From assembly GCF_001186125.1 (NCBI RefSeq), contig NW_014040190.1, positions 1 through 43,200 on the forward strand: a stretch of 43,200 bases of DNA, in the 5' to 3' direction. Both the position numbers and the translations under genes were made by a program. Each line of letters opens with the position of its first letter. The stretch's first letter is position 1. The notes beneath the pieces were generated by a model. The model saw only the letters and a program-made list of their open reading frames with translations. It was not told the DNA's origin and searched no databases. This DNA comes from Sphaeroforma arctica JP610 (Eukaryota). This document shows positions 11,310-30,035 of the stretch, one piece after another.

Positions 11310-13273
11310 ATGTTGACTAAGAACGCAGTATTGAGCGCTGTTGCGTGTGCAGCTGTTTCTAATGCAAGCCCCATACTTCTACACCAGAATGAGAATGCCT
11401 TCTCCAATGGCGAGAAGGCTCATGTGATGACCGCTCCTAACCTAGGAAAGTTTGTGCCCACTTATCCCAAACAGTACACAGTCACAGGTATCATGCACAT
11501 CCCATATGCTGACGTCCACGAGCCTGTCAAAGTACAGACTGATGAGGAGGCCCGTGCACAAAAGGTTACGTACTACGACGGCAGGGATGCGATGCTGTAC
11601 CTAAACATTGGCGAGGATACCGGTATGACCTACGAGACGTACATTGGATACAATCGACCGATGTGTTTCCAATCCAAGCTGAAGAAAGGCACAGACACAC
11701 AAGACCGCATGGACAGGGAGGTCAAGTTCATTCCCGATCTGAAGGAATTTGAATACCGCGGTAAGACACCGTGCAATCCTGCCAAGACCGACGAGCTGTG
11801 CCACCACTGGTCTCAGGAGAAGTCCCAGGGCTTCCACAACCAGTATGTGTACTATGCCAAGGACGATGAACTATACACCCCCTACTATCTGTCAATGGTG
11901 GGCCGCAATGTGGTGTTTGCTTCCCACTACGATATGTACAACGTCGAGTATCTGACATTCGAGCCTACCGTGGATTCTTCTGCATTCGAGGTGCCCGAGT
12001 GCAGCGTTTTCTTGGGTGGACGTGATGACCACCATCATGCCGTTCGTGAAGAGATCGACTCTCTTATGAACGCACATGACCATGTGAGTGATAAGTTCGA
12101 TGAGCATGTCGTTAAGTTCAACAAGACGTACGCGGATGATAAGGAGTTACTCGAGGGTCATCTCAACTTTCGTGTAAGTCACCACACCGTCAACAACATG
12201 AACAAGCAGGGTGATGATGCCACATACGGCCACAACCACGCCTCTGATCTCAGTACCAGAGAACGTAACGGCCGTATGTTTGGCTACCGCAAGTCCTACA
12301 AAGTAGGTAAGCCCAGTGATCACGTGCATGTCAACCGAACCGTCAGCAAGATGATTGTGGACACCAATATCAAGGTGCCCGATGCTGTTGATTGGCGATT
12401 GGATGGCGCTGTAACGCCAGTGAAGGATCAAGGTACCTGTGGATCATGCTGGGCATTTTCCACTACTGGGGCGATGGAGGGAGCGTACTTCCTGAAGACC
12501 GGACGATTAAACACCCTGTCGGAGCAGCAGTTGATGGACTGTAGCTGGGCCTATACCAACAACGGATGTGATGGCGGTGAACCGGCTATGGCTATGGACT
12601 ACCTGACTGAGGTGGGTGGGATCATGGATGACTCATCGTACAAGTACGAAAACGCGGACAACTACTGTCGCTACAACCCAGAGAAGAAGGCGGCGTCTAT
12701 CAAGGGTCGTGTGTTGATCCCGTCGGGTGACGAATTCGCGTTGAAGCAGGTAAATACTTTATTTTATCGCGTACAGCCTTGTAGTGTTTTGGTTGATGTA
12801 TATAGCGTTCTAGGAATTGGTTTCTCTTTTAGAATAATAGCGTTCAAGTCGCAGAAAGCCATCCTTGAAGTATACATAGCTGTGCACAAGTATATCCACT
12901 TTGTTTCTATTAGCAGGTTTCTTATTTATATATATATATATACACTATACATATATGCTGATCCCTCTTTTTCCACCATTTATTATCTCAGGCCGTTGCT
13001 CTACACGGGCCCGTGTCCGTTGCCTTCGATGCATCCAAGCCATCGCTACTGTACTATTCCAGCGGTGTGTACAGAGATCCCAATTGCTCGACTACAGACC
13101 TTGATCACGCGGTGTTGGTAGTTGGCTATGGCACCACTGAGCTTGGAGATGACTACTGGATTGTCAAGAACTCGTGGTCCACTTACTGGGGTGATATGGG
13201 ATACTTCAAGATTGCGCGCAATGACAACAACCACTGCGGTATTGCCACGGATGCCACCTATGTGGTCGTCTAA
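11310..13273 (+). CDS. Papain-family (C1A) cysteine protease of the 26/29-kDa proteinase / CfaD type; exons 11310-12749 and 12992-13273
   Basis: Signal-peptide-like N-terminus, a ~230-aa extra N-terminal domain and an I29-like propeptide ([12 protein letters not shown]...[10 protein letters not shown]). The mature domain has [18 protein letters not shown] (Cys), [10 protein letters not shown] (His) and KNSW (Asn). A phase-0 intron CAG|GTAAAT...TCTCAG|GCC joins ALKQ to [15 protein letters not shown]. Confidence 0.93.
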
Positions 13274-15970
13274 GTGAAGTATTGGAGAATGGATCTGGGT
13301 ACGGTCTGACTGAAGCATCATCTGTGTCACTGCTAAGATGGAGCTTTATCTGGGGTACCCTTGATATGAGATTGGAGTATGGACGGGCAGGGCACTATCT
13401 CACCAATTGCAGAGAAAAGTTAGTTATTGTCTCGTTATTGGGGGGTGGAAGAGTGCCGAAGGATGCCTTTGCCTCAGGAACGAGGGAGTTTTCCGAGTTG
13501 ATGGGAAGCATTGTTTGAATGCGAGGAATTAATCCTGCGAGCGCTTATGCTTTTTACTGCAAGCATGTGCGTATGCAAACCTGCAAAGACCACTACATTG
13601 TTTGGCTTGGATTGTTTTAGCAACAGTTACAGAAGTCACAACGTGTGGATGAGCATAGATGCTGTAGAAGGTAATTACACTAGACTGCTTCAGTGAGAAT
13701 GTCTCGTAATATCTAATGCGAGGTGCCTGGTTCACCTCGCTAATAGCCTGCGTATCAATGCACCGCTGCGCACAAATAAAAATATTAGTAAGATCACTAA
13801 CAATGAAACAATAGTATAATGCAAAGGTACCAGGTCCTGATCACTTATTTTTTACTTTGACCATCTTGGTGTATTTATTTTACAGTGCGAGTGTGAATGC
13901 GTCTTCACTCTTCTATATATATGTATGTATGTATGTGTAACACACAGACACGTTTAATATATATATCATTTGGACATGACTGAATGCAGTTGCACATGAA
14001 ATATACACTCGTTTGCTTAACTAGTCGTAAGTTAGCATGCGCATACGAATAGAAGTACACAGATTTATGCCCAGGTGTTCACGCGTGTAAATGTACATAA
14101 TTGTTGCTCCTAACCGAGTCATATTCGCGCAACCGCAAACGTGTTACTTATATGTAGAATTAGTAGTTTGCACATAAATATCCGAATATACATGAATAGA
14201 TGTACATTTATAAAGCGGGCTGTGTGCTGTTTATGTTGTAACAATGTGATGTATGATAAGTGCCTTCCTATCTATTATCTGCATGTTGTTGAAATTTTAG
14301 GTTTGTTTAATGTAGACAACGGGTGTTTGCATTGACTATCCTGTACATTGTACTGCATACGTAGCACAGCCGGGTGGACAATATGCACGAGTTCATCAAC
14401 AATGTCAACGTACGTCTTTTTAATAAATAGACACCTGGCACAGGCGTCGATGTTTGATGGAAATATAGAACAAAATAGAACAATGCGCTTAAACGATGAT
14501 TACGTATGGCAAATAGAATTGGCAAAACTGATATAGAAAGTAAGTTGAAAGACACAATCAACCCCATACACGCAGTCATACGTATTTCCAAATTGACTTC
14601 AGATTCGTGTGTGCAATAATTGAAAGCATGTATGTGCGCATCCAAAAGCGTATACTCACACTCATGTGTTTGCGGGGGGCACACATGCATCCGTGTGATA
14701 TGTTAGACAATGTATTTATAGAACAATACTCGCGTATTCCAGCCATATTCTTTCGTTGTTTGTGCTCAGATTCTATTTGGCAATTGGATATAAATCGCAT
14801 TGTACCCGCAGCCCGTATATTTTGGCAATGTAGGTATGTACAAAGACAGATATGATAGCAAAGCACGCAGCATGCGGTGCCTCTTCACATCTTATTACCA
14901 CAATCATTCACGGTGAGTATAGGTATGACAACCTCTAGGACTACTCTCACTGTCTCAGAGTTTTCTAAGCAATTCCCGAGTTCGTCCAACTCTCATTCTT
15001 AGTTGTAGACATTCCATCCCGGAATCCACACACCGTCAAGGACGCCGGCTAAAGCAAATGTCCTCCATTTTTCATTACTTCAAATCCACATCGCTTCGTA
15101 AAGCGGCAAACATTTATATATACAAATATATACCACAGCTCACATTCCAAGAATATCCGATGAACGGGGGCACGTTACGTTGCAGGCACACAGCTACGAG
15201 GCAATGCCATTTATAGCAACTCCGCTCCTCCTTCTAGCCAGAAATGGATAGCATTAAAAGCATCTAGCAACTCGGCAGAGCCTCCACTTATTCATACAAT
15301 GAAGTATGAAGTGTGGGTGAATTTTAAAGGAGTTTGAATAGACTTTTTCAAACACGGCATATCACTAGTACCTTGACTCTTTCATATCATGAAGCGTCCA
15401 TAAAGTCACTCAGCTCACTCTCAGAATACACCGGGTCACCCCGCCCCTGAGACCATAGCTGCCATGTATTGCATATGTGGACGTCTACATACACTGTACT
15501 TTTTGCATATTACGCTTCTCAGGTATTTCACATTTACTCCGATAACTGATTTGATAGCGGTAATTGTAGTACCCTGGGATAACATCACATGTACTGCACC
15601 CAGAACGGACCATCGTGAACGGCACCGATGGCTCTGAGCGTGACGGTGGTGCCTTCGGATCTGGCACACTCGTGAGCAAACCCTGACATACACGCGCTTA
15701 TCACATGATAGGAATGCCGTATTCGAATCGCAACTCACTGTCGATTGGAGCCCATACAAATGTGCATGCAACCCCCTCCTCCAGTCTTCCATAGGCGCAT
15801 GCTCAGGCATTGACTTGCACGTGCGCTCGCTTGCATCGGGCAACGCGTTCGACCACGTGTACTTGTGTGGCTTTGCGGTGGCTCATAGTGTGTGTTGTCT
15901 GGTCCCCAATTCTCCTGCTAAGCGCATCCAATGTATCAGTGCACTATACACACCCCGGTCCACCATCGCC

Positions 15971-18900
15971 TCAGTCCATGCGTTTTCTGAAAACGAATGC
16001 AACATATTGCCCTGCGGTTGCGATGAATCGCGTTGGTGTGAGAACTAGAAAAGGGCTGGGGCTGCTACCGATATACAATTTAGTTGTTCCCAAACCTTTT
16101 TTAATAAACACGCATAGATACACGCGACTGCCAGTGTTGCCAAATTATTAAGATCCAAGCCAGAACAAGATGTGTGTCATAGCTAGTCAAAGAGAGTGCA
16201 GATAAGCACTGTTCACCGAGCATGAAGTCATAACGACAGAAAGTATACCACAGATATAATCTTCCGGATCACAAAAGCAAGATGCGATGGATATTGGCCC
16301 ACAAGCCATACAAGTGAGCATTAAAACCTTTTGTGTTGGGCTTCCATTCTATGAGATTCTACTACAGCAATCATGGCTCTACAAACAACAGCATGACGGG
16401 ACAGGTACAGATACAATCATACACCCGCCATGTGAGTATCTACCCTATACAAGTACAAGCATGCTCGGCGGAGAGAACATCTACACTACAAATACACAAG
16501 CACTCTATGTCCAGAACCGAGCGCTCACCTGTAGCACAAGCATGCTCGGGATAGATAGCATCTGTATTGTAGCTATACGCATCTACGCCATAAAAACGTG
16601 CGCCTGCCTAAAGCTCCAAGTACTCACGAAATATGGTGCCCTGTCAATTATTTGCATATGCGTATATGAAATTATACATACATCGATACAAACTATGCCC
16701 ACTTTTCCACACACCCACACTCACCTATAGCCTCCCACTGGTCACGCGGGATGGTTCCTTGCCGGCCCAGCACTTTCATACGGATCATGCGGTCCACGGC
16801 ATCGGGATCGGTCTGGTACTTCGCAAAGAAGTCATGGAACCTCTCGTACGTCACCAGCTCCAGGTTGTGTTCCTTCGCCAGCTTAGTGAGTATGGCTGGG
16901 TGGGTCAGATACTCAGGGCAGTCGTCTATGGCATCCACTAGACTGAAGTTGTACTTGCAGCCGTACTCGGGAAAGTCTTTCTTATCGTCCTTGGCAAACT
17001 TCACGTTGTACACGTCATTCCCAAAGCTGTCGCCGTTGGCGGCGCGCAGTTGCTTGACGAGTAGGCAGGCGTTGGTAGTCGTTCCAAAGAAAACACCCTG
17101 TGCACGCGAGGCAACAGACACGTGGGTTTAGTTACAGTGAGACGCATAAAACCAGTGCTGATATCGCATGGTCGCGCACAATGTGTACAACAGTGCATCA
17201 CGTCACATAGGCAGAGTTAAAAAACCAATCAAATCCCTAAGACAGCCTAGCACACACCACACACCCCCGGCTTCAGGCATTCGGCAGCGTTTCGCATCAT
17301 CATCATGGCCTTCTCCTCACTCTCAAAGGCGTAGTGAAACGAGAACTGACAGCTCACCGTATCGAACATGGGCTTAAATGAGTAGACGTCGCGCAGTCGC
17401 AGCTTAGCGCAATCGGCCACATGGAACTCAGCCGTTGGTTTGTAGCCACGCATCTCTGAGTACCGCTGGCGGCAGTGCGATATCGATACCTGATGGGTGA
17501 CCACGTGTGATGTGTATACAAATGTATGTTGAGGAGAGGTTGTGTGCTTGGTCACGCATGGAGCTTTTATGCGCCTATCTACCATCAAATTTCTTATTGG
17601 GCTTATTCACCATCAAGTTGCTTATTAGGCTTATCCACCATCAAGTACGTTATTGGTGCGTATATAATTGCACAATACATACAGCACACACACACTCCAT
17701 CGATCTACCTCTTTTTTTTCTCAGATGCGCAGATTTGATTTGTTGACAACCCGTAAATTGAATCGCGCTATGCAAACAACGCAAAGAAAACGTGCAGTGG
17801 GATGGCGTCAGCGTCACAGCCTACCGTCGAGCAAACTGATCTTTGATCTACATGTCTCATTGTTCGCATACGTGTCTCATTGTTCGCATACGTGTCTCAT
17901 TGTTCGCATACGTGTCTCATTGTTCGCATACGTGTCTCATTGATCGCATTTGTACTAGCCTGTCCCGTAGGCTGTCAAGACGCACCCACGTCCACAAACA
18001 CGCTAAACCTAAAATCTCATATTCGGTCCGTTTCCGCACAATTCATCATGCGTGTGCACCATACAGTGGAGTGGCAAGGACAACACACACGTGCAACAGT
18101 TGCACTGCACAGCTAGGCCGTGCTCGATGTTTGGGACGCAGACCAGCCAACCGTATAAGACAAGCGCACTCGCCAGTATACACGTAACTAAGAAAGCGTC
18201 TCATGACTTACCTCGGCAATGTCAGCTCCTACCAATCTGCCCACCCGGGCCTTAGACCACTTGTTGAGATCGCCGCCCTTGCCACAGCACAGATCCAGCA
18301 CACACATGTTGGGTCTGACGTACTTCTGAATCATGGTGGCCTTCAGCCAGTTGTTGAAGCACTGTAGTGTGTAGCAGGAGGATCTGCAATGTTATCAATA
18401 GCTCCACATGATCAATGAATACATGCAGTAAAATAATAGTGTGTACTTGCGCATATATCAGCTTAAAGCGCGTGCTTTATACCGCTGCTATTAACCAAAC
18501 ACTGACAAGTACGCATACGCATTCGTCTTCGGTGGAGTGTCTCTCTGTATGAAGATTCAAGTCATTCCCTGCTCACGATAGAGCGCACATTATATGACTG
18601 TGGACGTTACAGACAAACGATCAGTCCCAGAATTGCAAAGGCGTGAAGTGGATGGTGGGACAGCCGTCGACGGAAGGCTGTCTCATCCAAGCATACACGG
18701 TTTGAAATCAAGCGGTTTGGCATTAAAGTGAAATGTATATGCCATAGATAGTATCATCGGGATTTCAGCTGGATTTAAATAAATCTCGAGTGAGTAATCG
18801 ATTCGCCAGGCACGTATCTTTATACTACTGTAACTTTAACAGCCAGTGCGTTCCGTATTAAGTCCTTCAGTGAGGGAAGCATCCTGCAACTATAGAGTTC

Positions 18901-19665
18901 AGTAACAATCAGAAACCATATATTATTGGACTATTGTAAATGGTACAGACAATCACACGGCGAAAAACGTACGCACCATATACACTTGAAACTGTATCTT
19001 ATCCCCCAACGAATAAACAATTAAAGGACTAAACATACCTTCAGAGCGTATATGGGACTCTCTTCTCGCGCGCGTACGCCAACATCCGGTCTTGCATTAT
19101 AGTGCTGTGCTACAACCGTACCCAAGTCTGCTACAGTGCTGTCTCTTTTGCCTGACCGGTCTGAAAGGACAACTCGCTGATGTGACCTCTCTGTGGTTTG
19201 TTGGGTTTGTCTGTCCCTTGAACTACCTCTATCCATACCACTGCCACCGTCTTCGTATTTGCTCTTTTTATACGTTTGTCTGTCATCGACCTCATCGCAC
19301 TGCCGCTTTCTCCCACTCCTATCTACACCATCGGAGTAATGCCCACTCACTACCCGATCTACAGAGTGTGTTTTATCTCTCGCATTTCCAGAAGACACTT
19401 CGCTGCTGTGTCGATTACCTGCATCTCTATCACTATTGTTATCCCCATCGCCAGAAGATGTGCGTACATCTCCATTATTGTGTATGTCTGGTGAACTTGT
19501 CACTTTGCATACATTTTCAATATTATGTATCTCTGGTGAGCTTGTCACTTTCGCATCATCTGAGTTTGATACAACACCAACATTAACACTATCGTTGTTA
19601 GCTTGACCGTCACTGTCACTGTCGCTGTCACTCAGCCCTAATCCGTGTATCTCTCCCTCACTCAT
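15971..19665 (-). CDS. RNMT: mRNA cap guanine-N7 methyltransferase (RNMT/Abd1); exons 19665-19039, 18361-18212, 17489-17265, 17097-16725, 16011-15971
   Basis: The spliced product has a low-complexity S/D-rich N-terminus, then [124 protein letters not shown]. All exon phases are compatible. Confidence 0.95.
17850..17950. repeat. 20-bp intronic tandem repeat, ~5 copies
   Basis: CATACGTGTCTCATTGTTCG repeated. Confidence 0.9.
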
Positions 19666-20356
19666 ATTAAAGAATATATATTAAGATCCCGTCTGGATCG
19701 TTGAAGCCACGTCCCTTATGAAGTCTTTATATGTTGTATATATAATCCACTGCGCTACTGTGTACATATATGTATAGATGTATGTACATATCTACACAGA
19801 TATATATAAACGAGCGTACGCATATACTTTTCATATTATTATCATCAAAAAAGTTGTGTTAAAAAAATCATATACTTAGATGCATCATTGCAAGCAGCAG
19901 CTCAGCTAGTTTCACGTTAAAACGCTTTTCAGTAAAACTTTTACACTTCAAACGTTTATGCTGTACATAACACAAATAGTGCGTTCTGTGATTTGATTCG
20001 CTCAGTGCAACTGGCGGGCCCGAATAGCGATGTGGCAATGAAACAGTGCGCATTCATACGGTTACATGGTAAACACATACATAGTGATACACCGCACAGA
20101 TGTTGCTACTTATATTGTATAGTGTCATCAATAGGTAGCATAAACTCATACGTACATATCATACAGAACTCTTCTTAATTTGGATCAGACACGAAAGTGC
20201 TTCACTTCGTTACATCGCTTTAGATCGTGTCATCTACTTATTCAAACCTGGGTGAACAGTTTGCTATATCCCGTTGAGGAAGGTTTGAACAAGCTCCTTG
20301 GCATTCAGACTCTTGCTATTCCGCGCCTTTGTCCGGAGGTGGGTGAAGCAGTCGCG

Positions 20357-25634
<5,278 letters not shown>

Positions 25635-26745
25635 CCCGGCTAACGCAATTGTACTACAACACCGTGAAGACAACAGAATACCTCAGTTCATCGCAGTGCC
25701 AAATTACGAGCGTGTAGTCGAATGGGACTATATGCCAAATATCGAGCAATTGACAAGCAATCTTCCCGACTGTGAAGCCCTCAACCTCACATGGTGATAT
25801 ATATTTAGGCGCGATAGGTCGCAGGTAATGGCTCGCCGTATGCGTTCATCCACACCGACCGACTGCTGGAGGCAAAGGCTGTCGTATTATTCGAGTGTGG
25901 ACTCCAGCGGAATGGCCTAGGAAGTTCTCTGCAAGTGTGGCGACATCCCATCTGATCACTCAGGATACTTCAGTACGAATCAATGAGCTACGTGCTCTGA
26001 TAGTACCATGCGGCAATAATATTAACCGTTGCTATCGTATCCGCCGGTTCCTGGTCGTGATTGCTATGGTAGCTATCCGCATGCACGTTGAAGTATCACG
26101 GAATAACCCAAGGCGCAACAGTGTGCTGCGCATCCTGACAGTACCCATGCGGGCCCGAAGTGCGGCTGTGTCATATGCCCATGTTGTCTGCTACAATGAA
26201 CCGCACGACTTGCGGTGTGTGCTGACTAATAACTGAGCCTTTGACTCGCTTGCTCAGAGAAGGATCCTCGACACCATCTTAGGTGCGAAAGGCAAAGGAC
26301 GCGCCCAATAACACACCACCTGCAGCGTAACCCATAGGGTCGTACGGGCGAATCACGCATAGAGCAATAAAGGATCAGCGAGCTTTAGTCCTACAAGCAA
26401 TGCGTGTCACTCTATGGGTGCCCCGCCTATAGCCACTTTCACATGACCTAAATAATCATTCCTCGCCCAACGTGGAGGTGCGCGTATATCGATATGCCAC
26501 CTTCACCTACCTTGACCCTAAACATCACCCCTCGGCCCGAAATGGCAAGTGCGCTTAAATCAACGATGCAGTTGTAGGGTAGCCCTCGCCAGCACCACGC
26601 GCTTCTTTCCGATGCACGCGTACGGCAAGACACCATTTGTAGCGCGACCCGCATCAGTTTAGTGTATACTCGGTAAAACGGGAGGTATTCATATGTATAT
26701 CGAATCGACAACGCGTGTATATGTCCTCGGTAGCATAGCTCAGCA

Positions 26746-29432
26746 CTAGATAGGAAGCACGCGTACGTCAATGCACCACCTGTAAATCTTCGGTCCTAGA
26801 TTGCCACATCGGTGCGGCTTCTCCGGGATAGTCTGCCGCCCATACTCAAGGCTGATGCGCGGGATGGTCTCTGTGAATAAGTTGACTTCTTCATCTGTGC
26901 TGAAGTAGTACACATGCAGCCACCCACCCACGGGACTTACCAGAGGCAGTGCTACATCCAGGAACGAATCCCCCATATGCGGCATGGGCATGACAATTCG
27001 ATCGAAGTTTGCATGCACATTCCGGTTGGTAGGTAAATCGGGATCACTGACTTCGTCGGCACTGACTAAAGGATTGCTCTTGTGTACTGGCGGGAACACC
27101 TCACGCACATCGCCAACTAGCACCGAACAGGTTTTTTGGAGCTTGTTCTTCTTGATATTTAAATTGGCAAACTCTGCAGCCACTGTATTCATCTCCACGC
27201 CTACCACACTCGAGCAAGCGCTAAGCCTGCCGATCACACAGATGTACGGGCCAACACCACAGAACATCACACACACACGTTCCTTCGCACGCACTAGCGC
27301 TGCGACTCTCTTGCGCTCAGCCGATGACCTGGGTGAGTAGTACGTAGTCGCCACATCCAGTGTGAGTCTGATAGAGTTCTCGCTACACGTGGTGAGGGTG
27401 CGATTATCTCCAGCCACGTGTGAGTATTTCTGGATACGGAATGCACCGGAATGGCCCCCATCCTTCTTCAGCACAACCTACATAGCATTCACAAGTGGCG
27501 GGGGTGGCATGAGAAATCGCACAGGTGAACATAAGGGTTTAGAGTTTAGGGTCCAGAGTTGTGTATATCACTTGTCCTCAAATCTACATATAGCGAGACT
27601 TCAGATGAGCGTACCTTGATTCGTGGATTAGCCTTCAATACGGCATCGCCCAGGGCTGTGCGCAGTCGTGCCGGGGTTTCATCATCTACCTCAACTACAG
27701 CAATGTCACCAATTACATCAATAGCTGTTTTCAGCTGTCCACATTCATCTGTTGGAAGCAATGAACGAAAAGATATTATAAAACGAAGTAGTGCTTTCAA
27801 GCTGCGATGTCGCCTATATTTGTGATTGTCTCTGACCACTCGCGAACACAAAACGACAGCATTGATACGCCACTGCATTACTCGTAATGTTTACTCTTCA
27901 ACAGAAGGAAAACAACTTATACACATTGCAATTGCAGGATCGCACATCATGATTGTTTTGTATCCATGCATCCATGAGCACTTATCATGTATTCCAATCG
28001 AATATGTACCTCCTGTGCTAAAATCCGCTGTTACATGCAACGCCACATTAGTATCTGTGGCCGACGCGTCTACTGCGCACCCGAGGAGACAAGCGTGAAT
28101 CCATATATGCAACACTATTCACGTACATCTCAACATCACATCAAAGCAAAGTTTTAATCTTACACAAATTAAACAGATCCAAAGTATACCTGCAGTCAAG
28201 ATTTCGGCAAGCGCCAATTCCACACTGGCTGGTGTGCCTTGTGCCTTGACGCCCTCCTGAGTGGCTTTCTTCTTCTTGTACCGCATGTCAATGTCACTGA
28301 TGGCCATGACAGCTGCTTGACACTGAGTGTCTAGTTCAACGCGTAGAAGTTCAGCTTTCTCTGAATGAGTCTGCAGCGGAATAGTGTAATGTTTCATAGT
28401 GCTCAGGTTTACTACCCAGAATAAAACCAGAGCACCAAATCATACGTCTGTACCTCCTTGCTTGCCGTGACTACCACAAAGACATACACTTCAATAACTG
28501 ATGAGAGACAAATAGCACACAAACACCAATGTAGAATCTACCAGCATTGCGCATCTCCGTGTAGTTCGTAAGTAAAAGAATTGAGTACTTCAATGGTAGA
28601 TCTCGGGCGACTTCACACACAAGCTCGCCCACATAGCTGGAGTTAGATGTGATGGTACACGGTCACCGATACGCTGTGTCAGTGAATTCTAGGCATACCA
28701 CGTACAGACACTCACAACTTCGCTCTACGATGTGGTGAGGGCGCCGCACTTTCAGGACTACATCCTGTACGAGCACAACACCACATGACATTTGAATGAG
28801 CGCAGAGATCACGCTTCTGTGCGCCCGGGAAAATGCATGATGAAGAGCATGCTGTGCTCATAACCAGCCCCTTTCTCACACAAACTCAGGGCGAGCGGTG
28901 AAAAGGACGAGCCGTCATCACCAGTTTTTCTACCTGGTCCATATCTACGATTACTGTGGACGTGTGCATGCAATCATCGCTCTGCGTCCAGGACGTCGTA
29001 GATGAAGACCCACGCACTATTGTGTGATTCCTAGACATGCTGTACACAAAGACACAAGCTCTCTTTACGCACACCGCTACTACTCAGAATAAAGGCACAT
29101 GCGCGGTGTTCACGAACGCCTCCTCAGTCCACACAATTCCACAAAAGACATAATCTGTGTGGATTATCCCTAGACATATTGCGCACAGATACTCTCTATA
29201 TTCAGGCTACATACTACGTAGAACTAAAGGAACAGTGCTACTTAAAAATGAATAGACATACGCTGTGTTCGTGAGCACCCCCCAGTCCATACATGTCCAG
29301 ATTGAGAGGGAGCCATAATGATCCCTCCTCGCCAGCTTTGACGGCGTAGTCCTTATCGAGATATTGTTTGTCCAGGAGCACCTTACGCACTGGTTCAGCC
29401 TCACTCTTGCGTATTTCCACAGCCCACACCAT
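26746..29432 (-). CDS. Trm5/Met10+ family SAM-dependent tRNA G37 methyltransferase, archaeal-type; exons 29432-29262, (a probable small exon at ~29155-29115), 29030-28934, 28370-28190, 27748-27615, 27477-26746
   Basis: The N-terminus MVWAVEIRKSEAEPVRKVLLDKQYLDKDYAVKAGEEGSLWLPL resembles the archaeal Trm5 D1 domain. The core has IDVIGDIAVVE..GDAVLKANPRIKVVLKK..GAFRI...VAG..RTLTTCSEN..LDVATTYYSPRSSAERKRV..VMFCGVGPY..GVEMNT.A..NIKKNKL..GDVREV..FDRIVMPMP..GGWLHVY..WCIDVRV. The last three exons are phase-consistent; the linker exons are uncertain. Confidence 0.85.
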
Positions 29433-30035
29433 AGTTAAACACGCACTGTCGTTAGTTGGTCCAGTAGACGGGACCCAATAAACGCGAACTGATAGCTGTA
29501 CATGTATAAAATATTTAATATATTGCGATATAGATATACAGTATAAACCAAGGTGCGTTGGCACATATTGAACAGATGCATCCGATAAACGTTAAACCCG
29601 TGTAAATCCCGAGAAAAATACGTACAGGTTTTTAAGACGGACTGACAGAGTACCCAAGTCTGGACTGTCTGACTGTCACAGTGTTACTCCGTCACTGAGT
29701 CCCATTATTTATTTACACATAGTAGGCTATATAAACTTAGAGGCCTATAGCGGTTAGCTCACAGGATATATGCCGCCAAAACTCGTTGGAAAGCCTTATT
29801 GGGCAGTTTGATTGCACTCGTCAGTCGTGACTCGTGAGTCGTAAAAGTGTCCACAGGAAAGGGTAATTAAATAACATATTTTTCAAAGTGAAATAGGAAC
29901 AGGATCACAGCTGTGACTGTAGTACGATATATCTATTCATAAGTGTTGAATAGTAGTATACATTGTACATACTTCAACAAAGCGTGAAAACCAATTCTGA
30001 GATAGACTATCAAGGCATATATTGGTGCATTTACC

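Noticed and set aside
12750..13121. C-terminal part of the 603-aa ORF 11310-13121
   Set aside because: This is read-through into the intron. The real C-terminus with the catalytic His and Asn is in another frame after splicing.
26746..27477. Assignment as TYW2 (aminocarboxypropyltransferase)
   Set aside because: GVGPY and YYSPR..ER.RV fit Trm5 better than the GIG(Y/H) and MFS.GN..E(K/R) motifs of TYW2/Taw2. A phylogeny is still needed.
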